This document shows, one piece after another, positions 1-13,179 of a stretch of 64,000 nucleotides of DNA (position 1 is the first letter of the stretch; the number at the start of each line of letters is the position of its first letter). Both the position numbers and the translations under genes were made by a program. Source of the stretch: Amoebophrya sp. A120. Its lineage: Eukaryota > Protista > Dinoflagellata. The DNA lies in NCBI GenBank assembly GCA_905178155.1, contig CAJINV010000017.1, positions 175,639-239,638 on the forward strand, given 5' to 3'. Below the pieces are notes generated by a model. That model worked only from the letters and a program-made list of their open reading frames with translations, was not told the origin of the DNA and did no database searches.

Positions 1-312
1 ATGAAAGAAATTCAAAAACAGCTTACCAACTTTCGTGCCTGGATGGAGCTCTATCGGGCGGACAAAAACTGTCCCGATAAACCGGACAGAGTCGGAAAGA
101 TCGATGAAAACGGAAACGGGCTGTACGCAGCGTTTCTACGGGGCGTCTTGCGAAAAGATTGGGAAGCGAGGCAGTGGATCCAAATGTTGGCGCGGACCAA
201 ACAAAGTGTGCAGAGACAATTGGCGGAGGTTGACAATTTCTTAACGTGCCATGGTCTTTCCGGAGAAAATTCGGCTTCGATGCGTGCTGGATCCGGTTCT
301 TCATCTACTTAG
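1..312 (+). CDS. Probable 3' end of a hypothetical protein gene (may be truncated by the window edge)
   Basis: Open frame from base 1 to TAG at 310-312 with protein-like composition, followed by AT-rich sequence. No recognisable domain. Confidence 0.4.
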   Translation: MKEIQKQLTNFRAWMELYRADKNCPDKPDRVGKIDENGNGLYAAFLRGVLRKDWEARQWIQMLARTKQSVQRQLAEVDNFLTCHGLSGENSASMRAGSGSSST

Positions 313-2008
313 GCGGAACACATAAAGACGAAAGTAGATGAAATAAATTAAAATTTGCTATTTACAACAATCGCACGCGCTCACCCAGCGTCGCGCAACT
401 AAACACCTTGTAGAAATGAAGAGCCCGACATGTATGATCTTTTGTAGTGCGTGCCTGCTGGCAGTGAGTGTACTTCTTTCTTCTCTAATCCTATCAAGAC
501 ATATTGCAATCGCAACTACCACGATCTGCATTTTGTTGTGTCTGTTTTGAAGCTTGCCTGCTGTAAGATGAGTTTTCAAATGTTTGTGTCTGCTCGACGA
601 TAGAGTGCTCCTTCTGGTGCTTTTTTGTTCCAAATGGAATTTTTGGCCAGAAGTTGGGGCACAGCTTTCACGTTGAGTACAAACCGGTTTACGTTTTGGC
701 ATGTCGAATGTAAGTGTTTGAAATCTTCATGATTTATTTGAGTGAGACATCAGGTAGGCCACTTTCGCCGTATTTGGTTACTTTCTGTCACTTTTACACA
801 CGTCGTCGATGACGAAGAAGGAGCAAGAAGCGCACTAACGTGCGCTCGTCGCCACTAGCACAAGCTGGTAGACTACTTCTCGACTGTCTGAAGCACAAGG
901 AAGTACTTACAGTGAACCAATGCCACATGGAACAAATTCTGAAGTACAGTGAAAGAATGCAAAAAATCTTAGCGACCCGTCGCCGGGCATGCGCATGCTT
1001 GTTTTTGAAAGGCAGAGGAGCTCCAGTGTGTGTAGTTATTCAGTTGGCACCAGTTGCTCCTAGTCCTACCTCCACTGCTTGGTTTTATTCGCGACTACGT
1101 CCAGCTCTGCCTCCGTGTCCAGCATGTTTTTTATCTTACCTTGATCTAGTGGTCTATGTCTATCTTCTCCTTCGCCCCCTCTTCATCCTGTTTCCGTCCC
1201 TGTCCGCCGTCAGCGTGGAAAGGGTTTAAGTGGAGGGCTTTAGGGAATTAGGGTTCTTAGTTTGATCTTACTTTGATCTAGTTTATGTCTAGTCTCTCGA
1301 GATTTTCGCTACTTACCTGCTGATCAACAATGAAGTAAGAGCTAGAGGATCGAAGGAGATTTAGCAGAAGCAGAAGGATCCTCCATCTTGTTAAAGAGCT
1401 AGGTCACCGATCCGAGAACTTCTCCTGTTGAGAAACGACCAGCTCTCGCTCTTTTTGTCAGGACGAATTGCACTTGATGCATATCGGAATAGCAACTTGT
1501 TTTCCTCGCAGTGGTCTTCTCGTGCTTTGTTTTCTTTTGGTCAACCTCGCGTACTATATTTATCTGGTCAGTCCTGATTTGAAGATAATCATAGTTTTCG
1601 TTTCTCTGCCTTCTACTGCGATTACGTAGATCATAGGTACGACGGAGCTGCAACGACAGAAGCTGATTACTACGAGCAGCCATGTTCTTTGAAATGAATT
1701 CCCGACACAGAAACAGAATGGCCTTTCTTCATAAGGTTTTGGTTTTCGCTCTGACTTCTGGTCTGAGTGATTTCCTCACCTTTGATGGAACGCAGGATCA
1801 TGCACCGGCGCAGTTCTCCCGACATGCAGGTGGAACAAGGCAGCCTTACAGAAGCCCGGCACCAGGTGGTACTCTCTATGTTGCAGCAATGAGTCCCCTT
1901 CAAGTCCCGGGTTGTAGTCTGCGCCCTCGCGGCGCCGGCACGAGCGCGTGTCTGCGCCGACGCGCGGGCAGCGTCGGGCCCGCGCCGAGACAGACCGTCG
2001 TGCAAAAT

Positions 2009-3767
2009 ATGAACGGGGAAGCTGCTGGTGCGCCAGCAGCGTCTGCGTCGTCATCCCCCAGCACGACGGGACGAGTTGCTGAAGGTTCAGTAGACCGTCC
2101 GCCCGGTAGCAGTAACACTTCTTCGTCGAGTATCGAAGAAAAAAACACCATCACAATCACATTTAGGAGGTTTTGCATCAGAAATTTCTCTCGCATGACA
2201 AATTTTTCTTGTATTGCAAAAACCCAAAGGGAAATCGCCAATAGCTCGTGACTGTCATGCATTTTTGCGCATGACAAAAATTTTTGTATTGCAAAAATAT
2301 GCAAATGTGATTGTGATGGTGTTTTTTTCTTGAATATCGAGGACGTCCTCGTCGTGGTTCGGATTACTACTTGGGACGACTGCGACGACCGAAGAAGATG
2401 ATGCAGACCATAGACATAGTCATCGTCATACAGTTAATACAGATCCTGCAGCTCATAACATAGAAGGTGTTGAAGACTTGAGTACCCCTGCAGCAGCGGG
2501 TCCGAGTGCTGTTGACTCGTCCTCAGCAGGTTTTCTTTCATCTGCTTCCGGCGCATCTACCGCTTCTCACCGTTCCTGCAGCCCGTCTTTACTGGAACAC
2601 GGACGAGAACAAACAGGCAGTTTTTCCCATCATGCGGGTGATGAACAACGCGAACAAACTCCAATCGCCCGCAATCCGCTCGATGTATTCGGCGCTCGAC
2701 AGGACCTTTGTTGCTTCTGCATGTACCCACTGATAAGTAGCGCAGCTGCTCCTCCGGACGAGGAGCAAGCGGGACAAGGCGGAGGACGAAGACCTTGTTC
2801 GCCGGCAAGAACGCAAGGGACCGCGGCAAACGAATCTCAGCAGGAGGAGGTGGTAAGTGGAACACAATCTTCATGTGGTACTACAAGTTGTCCTTCTACT
2901 TGTTCGAGGACGACAGAGGAGCCCCAGCTGCAGGAGCCGGCAGATAAAGTGGTCCAGAACAGCGTTTGTGGGCACTTTTTTCACAAAGCTTGCGTCGATG
3001 TTTACCTGCAGAAGCAAACGAAACACTACCGCGTGCGGTACGCTACCTGCCCACACTGCCGCGAACCCTGGATCAAAAAAGAAAAAGTGAAGTGGATAGA
3101 GACTTTCAAAGACCGAGCCGAGTCCGTCTGCCTCCATCTCGCGGACCAGTTCGGCCATTGTTGCTCCGCTTGGAAACAACTGCTGAGACTGCAACCGCTT
3201 TCGGATTGGCTCCCGGAGGAACGGCGCTACTTTCCAACGCGTAATGAGTTTATCGGCCTTACCAGCGGAAACTGCATTTGCATACACGCAATTTTGCAAG
3301 CAGTGAACTTCCAGCCGGAGAAGGCATGCTTTAATTTCCTCACCACCCCGGGCTTACCGAGTGTGGAGGAACTTGTGGCGCAGGCAACTGGTGTGCTCTC
3401 CAGTCTTACGGAATTACCGACACACCAGATCCAAGCGTTAAAACACGCTGTGGTGATGTGTTGCATTTGCAACGGCTGCTTTGTTCTCCGCAGACCGCTG
3501 GTGGAAGGGGTGCGGAGAGGCTTCCACTGGCCCTGTCTGCCACCGAAACGCGCGGAACAGGAGCAGATGTGGGAGGTATGTTACGATCCTGCAGATGACC
3601 AGGAAAGAGAGAAGTTTAAAAATAGCGGCCCTTGTATTCACGACGACCTTAGGCGCCCGAATGATGTGAACCGTCATCACGGACATGGAGTCGCAGTGCG
3701 CCAGTCAGGAGCCGCAGGAGCATGTTCACAGGCAGCAGTGCCAAGCCAGCTGAGGATGTGCGAGTAA
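2009..3767 (+). CDS. RING-H2 zinc-finger protein (putative E3 ligase), 2 exons; start uncertain (2009 or 1682)
   Basis: CxxC at 2709-2720, CGHFFHKAC from 2967, CPHC at 3048-3059. Removing 2131-2341 (211 nt) joins ORF 1682..2251 to the open frame leading into ORF 2478..3767 (SSS-RTSSSW). Confidence 0.7.
2131..2336. mobile_element. TIR intron-like element (introner), family F
   Basis: Perfect 29-bp inverted repeat at 2136-2164/2303-2331 inside TAT...ATA ends. Direct repeat TCGAG at 2126-2130 and 2337-2341. Removal restores the frame. Confidence 0.9.
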
Positions 3768-5196
3768 ATAAAGGCACCCTGAGGCTGCACACGAGATGCA
3801 GGCTCTCCACATTTTTTACTGAAGTTGTCCTGATGCTGATGAAGATGTAGTGAAGCCGTGGTGCGCGTTGATGAAGATGTAGTGTGGTCCGCGTCCATGC
3901 ATCGACTGCTGCTCCGCGTTTATTTGATCTTCATTTAATGGCCCTCATCACAAAGAACCGATGGATCAGGATCTTGATTCGATGTGGGCGGTTTGGAAAG
4001 ACAAAGGGTAGAAAGCGCCTCGAACAGCGACGATGGATTGCTCGCGTTTGGTGTTGAGGAGGACCTCGACCTCGTTGTATGTAACTATAAAAGTTTCAGT
4101 TAGTCCGAACCCACTCACTCCAGCATGTCGGAAGAGAAACGAGCACTGGTGACGCTTTTAACGGTTGTAGGGAACAACAAGTTCTTTCAACAGAACGACA
4201 ACGAGCGTGGACGTGGAGGACTCACTGTCCCCGTAGTAAGTAAGTACTTGGACGACCGCTTTCTTCCGTACTTGTTCTTTCTGTGTATCATGTCAGGCAG
4301 AACAAGTCCCGAAGTACTTAATCCATAATCGGGAGTGTAAAGAAATATCAAGATCATCCACTTCTTGAGGAAGATACTCAATGGTTCCCCAGATCTTGAG
4401 TTCGTCCCTAGATCATGAACATGATCAGCGACTGTGGTATTTTCATTGATCCTCATCCTCTGAATCGAATCCGATCCTATTTTTAGGTCAAGGTTCATCT
4501 TGCATCGTTTATTTTCCGACGTATCTAATTCTAGATGATGTACTAGCTCAAGCTCCGAAATCACAATCAGCAACGAACGAAAAGGATCTGAAAAGAGCTG
4601 AATGATCATCCATTGCAACTCGAAAGCCATGCATTGAAAGTCAAGTAATCGTGATCCCAATTCATCCAAAAATCGGTCAAGATCAAATACAACCAAATGG
4701 TGTTGTACGCATGGTGATGATCCTTTGCTGCCTTGAAGAATTGACTAAAATGCCTCACGAGAAGATATGGATCTTCATGACACGCTGTGAAAAATATGAA
4801 GGAGAGCCACATGATCAAGTTACGACCGCACATTTTCATTTTCTCTCCCAAAAGCCCTTGTCAGCCTTCCAAATCACTTTTGCTTTTCGTTTTGTTAGAA
4901 AAATATCCCACATTTTGGCAAAGGCTTTATCCATTTACGCTGTCTACTTACGCTTTTTGAATGATGAAGATTTGACCCTCTTGTATAATTTCTAAAGTAT
5001 GTAATGATGTTTTCGCTTCGGCAGTACTAACAAACACGCTTTATCATGTTCTCCTGCATTCATAATTTGTCGTATCGAAACGAAGCAAGAAGAATTTAAA
5101 CGGTCGCGCAACAACATTGTCTCCCTTCATCTTATATGTTCTAGCTTTTCATCTTTCTTCACGGCGACAAACACAAAATAAAAACACTCGACTATC

Positions 5197-7792
5197 ATGG
5201 TGTCGCATGATCGTACAACAAGTTCTGCAGCGCCTGCCGCAGCAGGAGCAGGCGTCAAAAGAGCCTCCACGGATTCCCGAGTATACGACACTAGTGCCGG
5301 CACAAGAACTCGTTTGGTCTACTACCAGACCGGGGACGGGCAGTGGGTGACGATGGCCGAACCGGAAGATGACACCTTTGAGGAGGACCGTTCCTCGAAC
5401 ACCAGCAGCATTTGCGGTTGCGCCGTGTGGGTGTTTGTCTTGATCATCGTGCTGATTTCCGTCCTCGTGTTGGGGGGTATCATCGTCGCGATTGTCCTCT
5501 TAGCGGCGAACAACGCCTCGGACACCGGAAACAACCATACTCCGGCGCAGCCCCGCCCGCCCCCGACCGGCGACGACATTTTGGATTCTCTGGTGAACAT
5601 GAACAAGGACGTGCCGGAGGAAAACCTCCCGGGTTATCACCAACGCCACGTGTCCGCCTATACCCGGCTGGCGAGCCCGAGCGGGAATCTGCTCGCGGAG
5701 ATCACGAACAACGTGATCACGGGGGAGGACCGCTATTCGTACACGGCTACCGACCGCCTGTTCGACGACGGGCAAACGATTGTCGCGTTTCTGAGCCGGA
5801 TCGGAGTGCGCAGTCGCTCGACGCAGACGGTGCTGCCCCAGAACTTCACCCAGCTGGCGCAACGGGACGTCGAGTACCGCACGTCCTTCGGACTGCGCGT
5901 GGACATTGGGGACAGCCCGGACTGGCAGAACCATTTGGTCCTCCTGGATACGGGCGGCGGCGCCATGAGCTACTTCCTGGCGACGCAAAAGCAGCTGCAA
6001 GATTCTGGGTTCCGGAACCGCAACACGGGCCGCGGCCGGACGCACAACAGCACGACGAAGAAGGACATTCACATTGTATGACAATGCACAACCCCCCCTC
6101 GTCCCCCTCATTTGTATTTCTATTTTTGCATGAGCAGCATAAATACAGACACCCTCACGACCTGTGGAGCCAATGCTTGCATGATAAATTTTTGTTGTTA
6201 GTAGTGTAGTACTCTTTAGGCCGCTTCCGGAGTTTGTCCTGCGAACAGTGCCGAAGGGAAGCACTTTGACTTTGGTTTGGGGTTTTGCATGACAAATGAG
6301 GTCGTGGTGGAGGGGGAGTTGTGGACTTTCATACATTGTGACCAAGTTTCAGAAGGACCGGGACTACGTCGAGTGCCGCTACGTCGGGGGCTGCCACAAG
6401 GGGCGATTGGTGGGGGACCGTTGGAAGATTGCCGGAAGCAACGCGCAATTGCAGTTGAAAGACAACAATTTCGTCCCATCGGACCAAAAAACCCTGCCGC
6501 TCGTCTACGTGCAGGAGCCCGGCAGGCGGGACAATCCGGACGGCGGCAACTTTGGGCTCGGTTTCCGCACGGAAACGTGGAAAAGCAACATGTTCACGAG
6601 CGAGATCAGCACCATTCTGGACCAGTTTCGCCTCCACAGCGTCTACAGAGGGGCAGCTGCGGGTCTTGCAAACGACCCCTTTCGCCCGATGGTGTACAGC
6701 TTCCAGCTGGCCCGGCCGACGGGGGAGAAGACCACCGAGTGGCATGTGTACCCGCAGCTGGTTATCAACAGCCTGCCTCCGGACAGCGGCGACCGGCTCC
6801 GCGCGTTCGACCTGGCTCAGCAAAATTTCGCCGTCCGGGCGGGCGACGTGCTACTGCAAAAGCTGGAGTCCGAGTGGGGCCAGGAGGGTGCGTATCCGAG
6901 GGAGATCTTCAATAAGATCAAATCCGCACGTATTGACAAGGATGAGCACACCTTGAATTACCTGCGGTCGAAGGTGCTGCGGAAAATCTACAACGGCGAC
7001 TTTGGAACGCCGCAAAAACGGGAGCAGACCACCACCAGCCCGTTCTACAAACAGATTGTCAAGCCAGCGACGGATTTTCGCCCGACCTTCTGGCAGCTCC
7101 ACATCACGCGGGTGCGGATCGGAAAGACAGTCGTGGAGGCGGAAAAGGACATGTTCAAGTACAAGTTCAACGACGCGCGGGCCCGCATGCCCGAGCCGGA
7201 CCCGAACAAACGGCTCGACGCAACCTTCAAGCCGACCACCGACTGGGAGTACGGGTGGGACGCGTTCGACCAAAATTTGGCCGACCGGAGCGCGAGCGTG
7301 TTTGACCAGACCGATTTGAAGCGGAAAGTCCACCCCATCAACGGCCCGCTGCACACCACGAAGATACGCATGGTAGCGGTGGATGGGACGTTGGCGGACA
7401 ACTTTGACAAGGACCAAGACGAACATGTCCACCCGGACAAGCGGTACCTCGCCGTGGTGGACTCCGGGTGGTCCATGCTGTCCCTCGCGAAGCCGCTGTA
7501 CCGGATCTTTCACCGGAAGCTGGAGCTGGTCAACTTTGTGTGCGAAGACGGGCCGGAGCTGGGCTTCGAGTTCGAGACCGGCACGGAGCGGCACTGGTAC
7601 TTTTTGACGCCGAAGGACTACTGCTTCTGCCAAGGGGTGTATCTCGGCAACAAAAAAGTGAACAGTTGCGTGGACGACGGCGGCATGGATGGCCGCGACG
7701 GCACGGCGGTGATGCTGGGCATGCCCTTCCACCGGGCTTTCTACGTAGGCTACGACTACAACAACCGCAAGCTCTGGCTGCCGAAAATGTAA
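5197..7792 (+). CDS. Pepsin-like (A1) aspartic protease with N-terminal membrane anchor, 2 exons (5197-6076, 6339-7792)
   Basis: Hydrophobic segment VWVFVLIIVLISVLVLGGIIVAIVLL. Catalytic motifs LLDTGG (5947) and VVDSGW (7460). C-terminal MLGMPFHRAFYVGYDYNNRKLWL matches the A1 ILGxxF..FD pattern. Removing 262 nt joins the two ORFs in frame (DIHI-VTKF). Confidence 0.85.
6077..6333. mobile_element. TIR introner, family B
   Basis: Ends tatgacaatgcacaacccccc and gggggagttgtggactttcata. Direct repeat CATTG at 6072-6076 and 6334-6338. Frame restored. Confidence 0.9.
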
Positions 7793-9734
7793 ACAAATGT
7801 GTCTAAGTTGTAATACTACGTAGAAGATGAACAACAACTTGCTTTTCTGCGTCTACTGCCACGATTTTTTTGTGCTGTGGTACCGCAAGAACATAGATTG
7901 TGTTACCATGTAGGATTATTTCAAATTTTGAAGAAGCGCATCACCTTGTCGTGGCCTTGCTATCAGCACATGCGCGACACTGCAGTTGAGCAAGCTATCA
8001 ACAGAAATCCTTACGCTAAAACGGAAACGAAAAGTGATCGGCCAGTGCTGGTCAAGCAAGAAACAAAAAAGTACTTATCACTAGGCCAAGCACACTTTTA
8101 CGACAAAAATCATGACTATGACCACCGACGCTGCTGCTTTCTTTCAATTTGGCCACTTTTTTCGCTTTTGATTGGTCCAAAAACTTTGCTTTACGTGTAT
8201 GATGTAAGTACTATGAGTTGAAACAAACTACGCACGCACGCGTGCTGTCGCTACACACAATTATCCTTTTTCTGTACAAACAGTGAGAAAACTGTTTATC
8301 TCTCACTTTGAATATCGTCACTCTCAGAAAAACGCAGCAAAGCAAAAGCTTGTTAAGTAGCAAGCTAAGTTGTACGTATGCTTCCCAAATCTGTTTGACA
8401 GCGACACTGTGAATTGAACGAACTCAGAGCATTTTGAAAGAGGAGTAGACCGAACACTTTGAAAATTAACTGGAAGTCCTATATGTATTCTTTGGGCCTT
8501 CGCCTTTGGCTGCACAGAAGTACTAGATGTTGTGGACAATAGTCATTATATACAGAATTGGTCATAGCGCAAATAATTCCAGTCGGCACAAGGACGCTAT
8601 ACCATAGGATAGCGCCGTCCTATGTATAGGTATTTCGCATCTGCACAGGCCAGCTCTAAGTAATCGGATCCGATACAATCAGCATCGCATGATGGCACCA
8701 CTGGCGGCACGTGCAGCCTTGATGCTAAACATAGGGGACGCAGGAGCAAAGCACTCTCCTGCTATATTTTGGTTGGAACAGTTGAAGCTACAAATAGTCA
8801 ACTTTTTTTATTCTCGCACGTATACTACAGAAGAAAGGTAAAGGATAAGGAAGGACCACAGGTGTCGAGTGATGCTCGAGCCACAGTGGAGCTAGTCCTT
8901 ACGCATTTCATTTTGCATAGCGATAGTTTACCACGAGAAAAAAAAATAAAGGAAGACGAAGTCGAAGTTGTCTCTACTCATAGTTATAGATTTATCATAT
9001 GTGATCATGGTCCTGTTTTGTTTTCTTAAAAGTGCTTTTGAGTTAGTTCATGTAGCTAGTTACGTTTTCGCGTTCGCCTTTATTTGATGTGTATGACTGC
9101 TTGAGCGATCGAAGAGTACTAGTCCCTCCCTCGTAGTTCCTCTTTTACAATTGTTCCGTTTCCGAGAACATACGTCTCTTTCCCCTCTACAACACCAGCT
9201 GCGTCATGGTAGTGCTCTCATCAAATGCCTTTATTTTTCCGTCAGGCTTTATTCCTGAGGTCAATTGCTACAAGGAAATAAAGGAGTCAACAACATAGAA
9301 CGCTACACGACGAAGAAGTAATAGATACTGTGGCACATCACCCAGTATTTTTCGTAGGGGATCAACACACCAAAGGAACCCATCATGTCGTGGTCGTCGA
9401 GTTATTTACAGACTTAACACACATGAATTTCGCCCCCTTCTGGAGCTGGACGTCGGAAAGCAAAACCTCATTTAGAAACTTGTGTGCCCACAGCTTCGGG
9501 TCGAAGGTTGCGGAGGTTGCGGCGCTGCACTGAGAGGCGCTGTCCAACCGATTTGATCGCAGCGTACGTTGTTTGTTCTCCCATAAAAATCCGGCGAAAA
9601 ACAGTCAGACCGAATGGCGCACGCGAACTATGCAGACTGCGAAGGCAGCCTCCGAGCTGCAGCATTCTCTTGTTCTAATCTAAGTGTGTCAATTATGTAA
9701 TCTCCGCAAGCAGGTGTAGGGGCACGACCACCCC

Positions 9735-12197
9735 ATGATGATAATGTCGCCTCTAGTACAAAAATCGTCCTTCGACATGTGTTTCTTCTTTGTTGCGATC
9801 CCGCTAGCCATGGTTTGTCCGCCCGTTCCTGTTGCGATCGTACCTGTCTGGTCCCCTCTCGATGTCTTTGTCGGAGTGGTTGCTGAGGAACAGGCAGCCC
9901 ACCGGAACACTGTTGAAAATGATTCTACATCTACTACAGATTTTGTCAACATAACACAGACGCATTCCGATTCCGAGGATCGTCTTGAACAAGTGCCTGC
10001 TTCTGCTGCACTGGAAACAAGTCGTGAAGCTGCTACTGACACTGCAAGTAATCGTCCTGTTGCTTCTCATACAAGAAATGTGGAGGCACGAAGAGACAGA
10101 GACTTACAGCACGACAAGATCCTCGTGAAAATGGATGACATACACATAGATGAAAAACCACCAGAACAACACATCAAACAGGACAACGCCACACACAACA
10201 AACCCGGTGGAAGTTCTGCAGCTTCTGGTGCGCCGCATGGAGATCTTTCCACCACCTCCAACATCCATGCTCAACCCAAAGAGGAAAATAAGCAACGGAA
10301 ATCATCAGACGATTTGCAACATCCCCTGCTGCTAAACTTTTTTCGGCGTAGCAGCCGTTTTAGTTACACGGTTGGCGCAGCGGTGTTTTTTCTGGATTTT
10401 CTGTTCGATAGCTACGAGTTTTTTGCGTCGTCCTTGCGGTGGATTTGGATAAACTGGCTGATGCCAGGTAAGGACCAGCGTCCAAAGTCAAACACAACTT
10501 TCAAGGATGCAAGTAGTACGGCGACGAGCTCCTCAACGGCCCGAACGAAGCTTTTCACCCAATACACGCAACAGCATTCGCTCTACTCAAGGCGCAGACT
10601 GCCGAGCGGTGGGACGCTAGAGGAAAATGGAAAAGATGAGAAGAAGAAGCACCAAAACGAACGAAAGGATCTGGATCAGGAGCAACAGCAGGAACCCGCA
10701 AGAGGAAGAGGAAGAGCTGCGAAGCATCTTCTCACGGAAAGCGATCAACAGCTGGAAGCGGCTCATCGAGATCAAGTCCGAGAGAACGAAACAGCTAAAA
10801 TGGCTAGCGGTAGCGCCACCAGCTCCAGCAACGACACCGAGCGTGACTTGAACAGTACGGTGGCTACGGCCGAGGTAGAAGATGAAAAAACGCCGGAAGA
10901 AGGACAAACTCAGCCGACGCCTGCAGCCAAGGAAGCGGATGTTGACCAACAAGCGCTGCAAGAAGAAGAACACTCTCCCACCGCTACGCACGAAAAAATT
11001 GATACCAAGTCCTCCGCCGCGGCAAACAGGAGCCCCAGCAAGGTTTCTTCCTCCGAGATGAATTTGAATGATCCCCACGAACAAGAACAGCTGAAGAAAA
11101 GAAACAAATCTTCCTCGCACAATCTGAACCACTCTCTTCTGCACTGGATCCTGCGCATCATGGAGCTCTGTTTTTTCACCGCGCCAAATTTTGGTCTGTA
11201 CGGACTGGGGGCAAAGGTGTTCTATGAACTGAAAATATGTTGTCTGGGTGCAGGAAAGACGCCACGAATTTGTGTTATTGAGTGATGCATGATGACACAA
11301 CGATCTTTTGTATGGCATCCACGAGTCACAAGCTTTTCCTGTGGTATTGCGAGACCCATCGTGATCATTTGCATGACAAACTGAGTTTCACAGCATGACA
11401 AAAAAACTGCCCAATTGTATTCATTTTTATGCATCACAAAGAAATCATCGCTGTCCTTGAAGTTTCGCATCACAAATCCAGACCCAGACATATTTGCAAT
11501 GCATATGCTCGAACTGTTGACCATTTCCGCGGAGGAGTTTGACCGGTTGGGCGAGAGCATTGACATCGACCCGGACCAAGAGCCGCTTTTCCTGGTGGAC
11601 AAGGTGATGCGCGGGGTCAGTGACTCGGGGGAACTGGAAATCGTGCAGCAACTGCGCGAGGTGGCTGAGGATTTAGAGAAGATGAAAAACTTCTTCCAGT
11701 ACCACCTTGGTTATTCTACCGACCCGGACCACGCCCATTGGCCAACCGCGAGCTCAAACCAGGCGAGGAAAAGAGCAAAGGATCTTAAAGACCGGCGCAG
11801 TACTCTATCTTCACGGACCGCGACTGCAAATCAGACTGATGGTGCAGACGGTGTAATACTTTCGTCCGATGAGAACAGCTTCGGCGGGGGCACATCAAGT
11901 AGCAGTCACAACTTCAAAAATCCGCCGGTATTTACTCTCGAGGACCTGGTCCACCACACACAGAAGGGGGTCGAGAAAGTCTTTTCCTGGCTGCTTTTCT
12001 TCGCACACTACCTTTTCGTTTCTTTCGGGCTTTTGGTCTTTTTCAACGTGTTTTTCGTGTGGCTGGTGATGTGGCTTATCGTGTGGGGAAACGTGCGACT
12101 TACCGTGGACGGGCAGTCAGTGCTGGGCGAGCGGTGGATGGAGAGACGCCAGAACGACTTGAAATTTTTCCAAGGCTTTTTCCAACTGGCAATGTGA
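9735..12197 (+). CDS. Hypothetical membrane protein, at least 2 exons (start uncertain)
   Basis: ORFs 9735..11285 and 11415..12197 join in frame after removing 11223-11510 (288 nt). Several hydrophobic segments separated by low-complexity linkers. Confidence 0.65.
11223..11505. mobile_element. TIR introner, family A
   Basis: Ends tatgaactgaaaatatgttgtctggg and cccagacatatttgcaatgcata. Direct repeat TGTTC/TGCTC (4/5). Frame restored. Confidence 0.85.
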
Positions 12198-13179
12198 GTG
12201 GAACGATGATGAGACAAAAAAAGTAAGTACTTACTAGTACGGGAGACGCGATTCTGATTTTAAAAGAATGATCTCTCGACCGAAAGGCTGCATCTTATTT
12301 CGCCTGAGCTCTATCGAATTGACGGCTTTTCAGTTCGTCGGACTGTCGGTAGCGCAAAGTGACCGGCATAATGCATCTTCACGGTAGAGTACGGCACACA
12401 ACAACAAAATTATTCCTTCCTTGATTTTCAAAGATTTGAGGCAGAAGCGATTTTTTGGTATTGTAAAGAAGCCGATGAATTGAGAAAATTTATACCACTC
12501 GTGTTTTTTCTTGATTATCTTTATCCCCACTCGTGTTCGCGCTCGTAGGTGCCTCGTGTCGTGCAAGGAAAACAAACACAGTGTTGTGAAAAGAACTCGA
12601 CGCATTCGTACCAAATGGGGAATGATTCATCTGATTTTCGGTCCGATCTATCATAGTGCAAGGCAGATTCATCATCCACAATTAACATTTCATTACCGAG
12701 CTGGTGTGGCCCTTGTTCGGTTCGTTCCTTTTTGTTCCTGAGTAGGAAAACCAGCACGAAGTCGTACACCTTTATTGACAGTAAGTAGTACTTGCGGGGG
12801 CACTGACCCCCGGCTCGCGAGCAAGTAGATCGGGGAAGGTTAAGGTTTTAATAAGTACTCACACACTACATTGAAAATAGTGCACAGTCGTTCAATGGGG
12901 AAGATACTTCAGCGTCGTCATCTTCGTCAGCAAACACAAACATCAGAAAGACTTGACTCGGCCAAGTTGAACCTGCAGTTCCTATTTTTCCCTACCAGTA
13001 CGCCACCCACTAGACTGCTCTGTTTGATCAGATAAGCCCAAGAAGAACATTTTCTTTGCCATACGACGCAGTTTTCTGAAGCACTAGAAGACGAATACAC
13101 AAAGACTTCGTCACAACTTTGTACGCGTTTAGCATAATCACTCAGCAGTACTGGATCTGGATCCGACAAAGATATAAAC

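Noticed and set aside
1221-1256. Telomere-like TTTAGGG/TTAGGG words
   Set aside because: Only 2-3 degenerate, non-tandem copies.
4187-4995. ORFs 4187..4696 (-) and 4651..4995 (+)
   Set aside because: No recognisable motif, AT-rich, and lacking the codon style of the supported exons.
6851-7837. Long minus-strand ORFs antisense to GC3-rich exons (also 21700-22347, 25314-26210, 57838-58788)
   Set aside because: They are shadow ORFs of + strand genes that have motif or paralog support.
12222-12235. 14-bp palindrome agtaagtacttact just downstream of a gene
   Set aside because: Single short AT-rich palindrome; related agtaagta words elsewhere show no consistent position.
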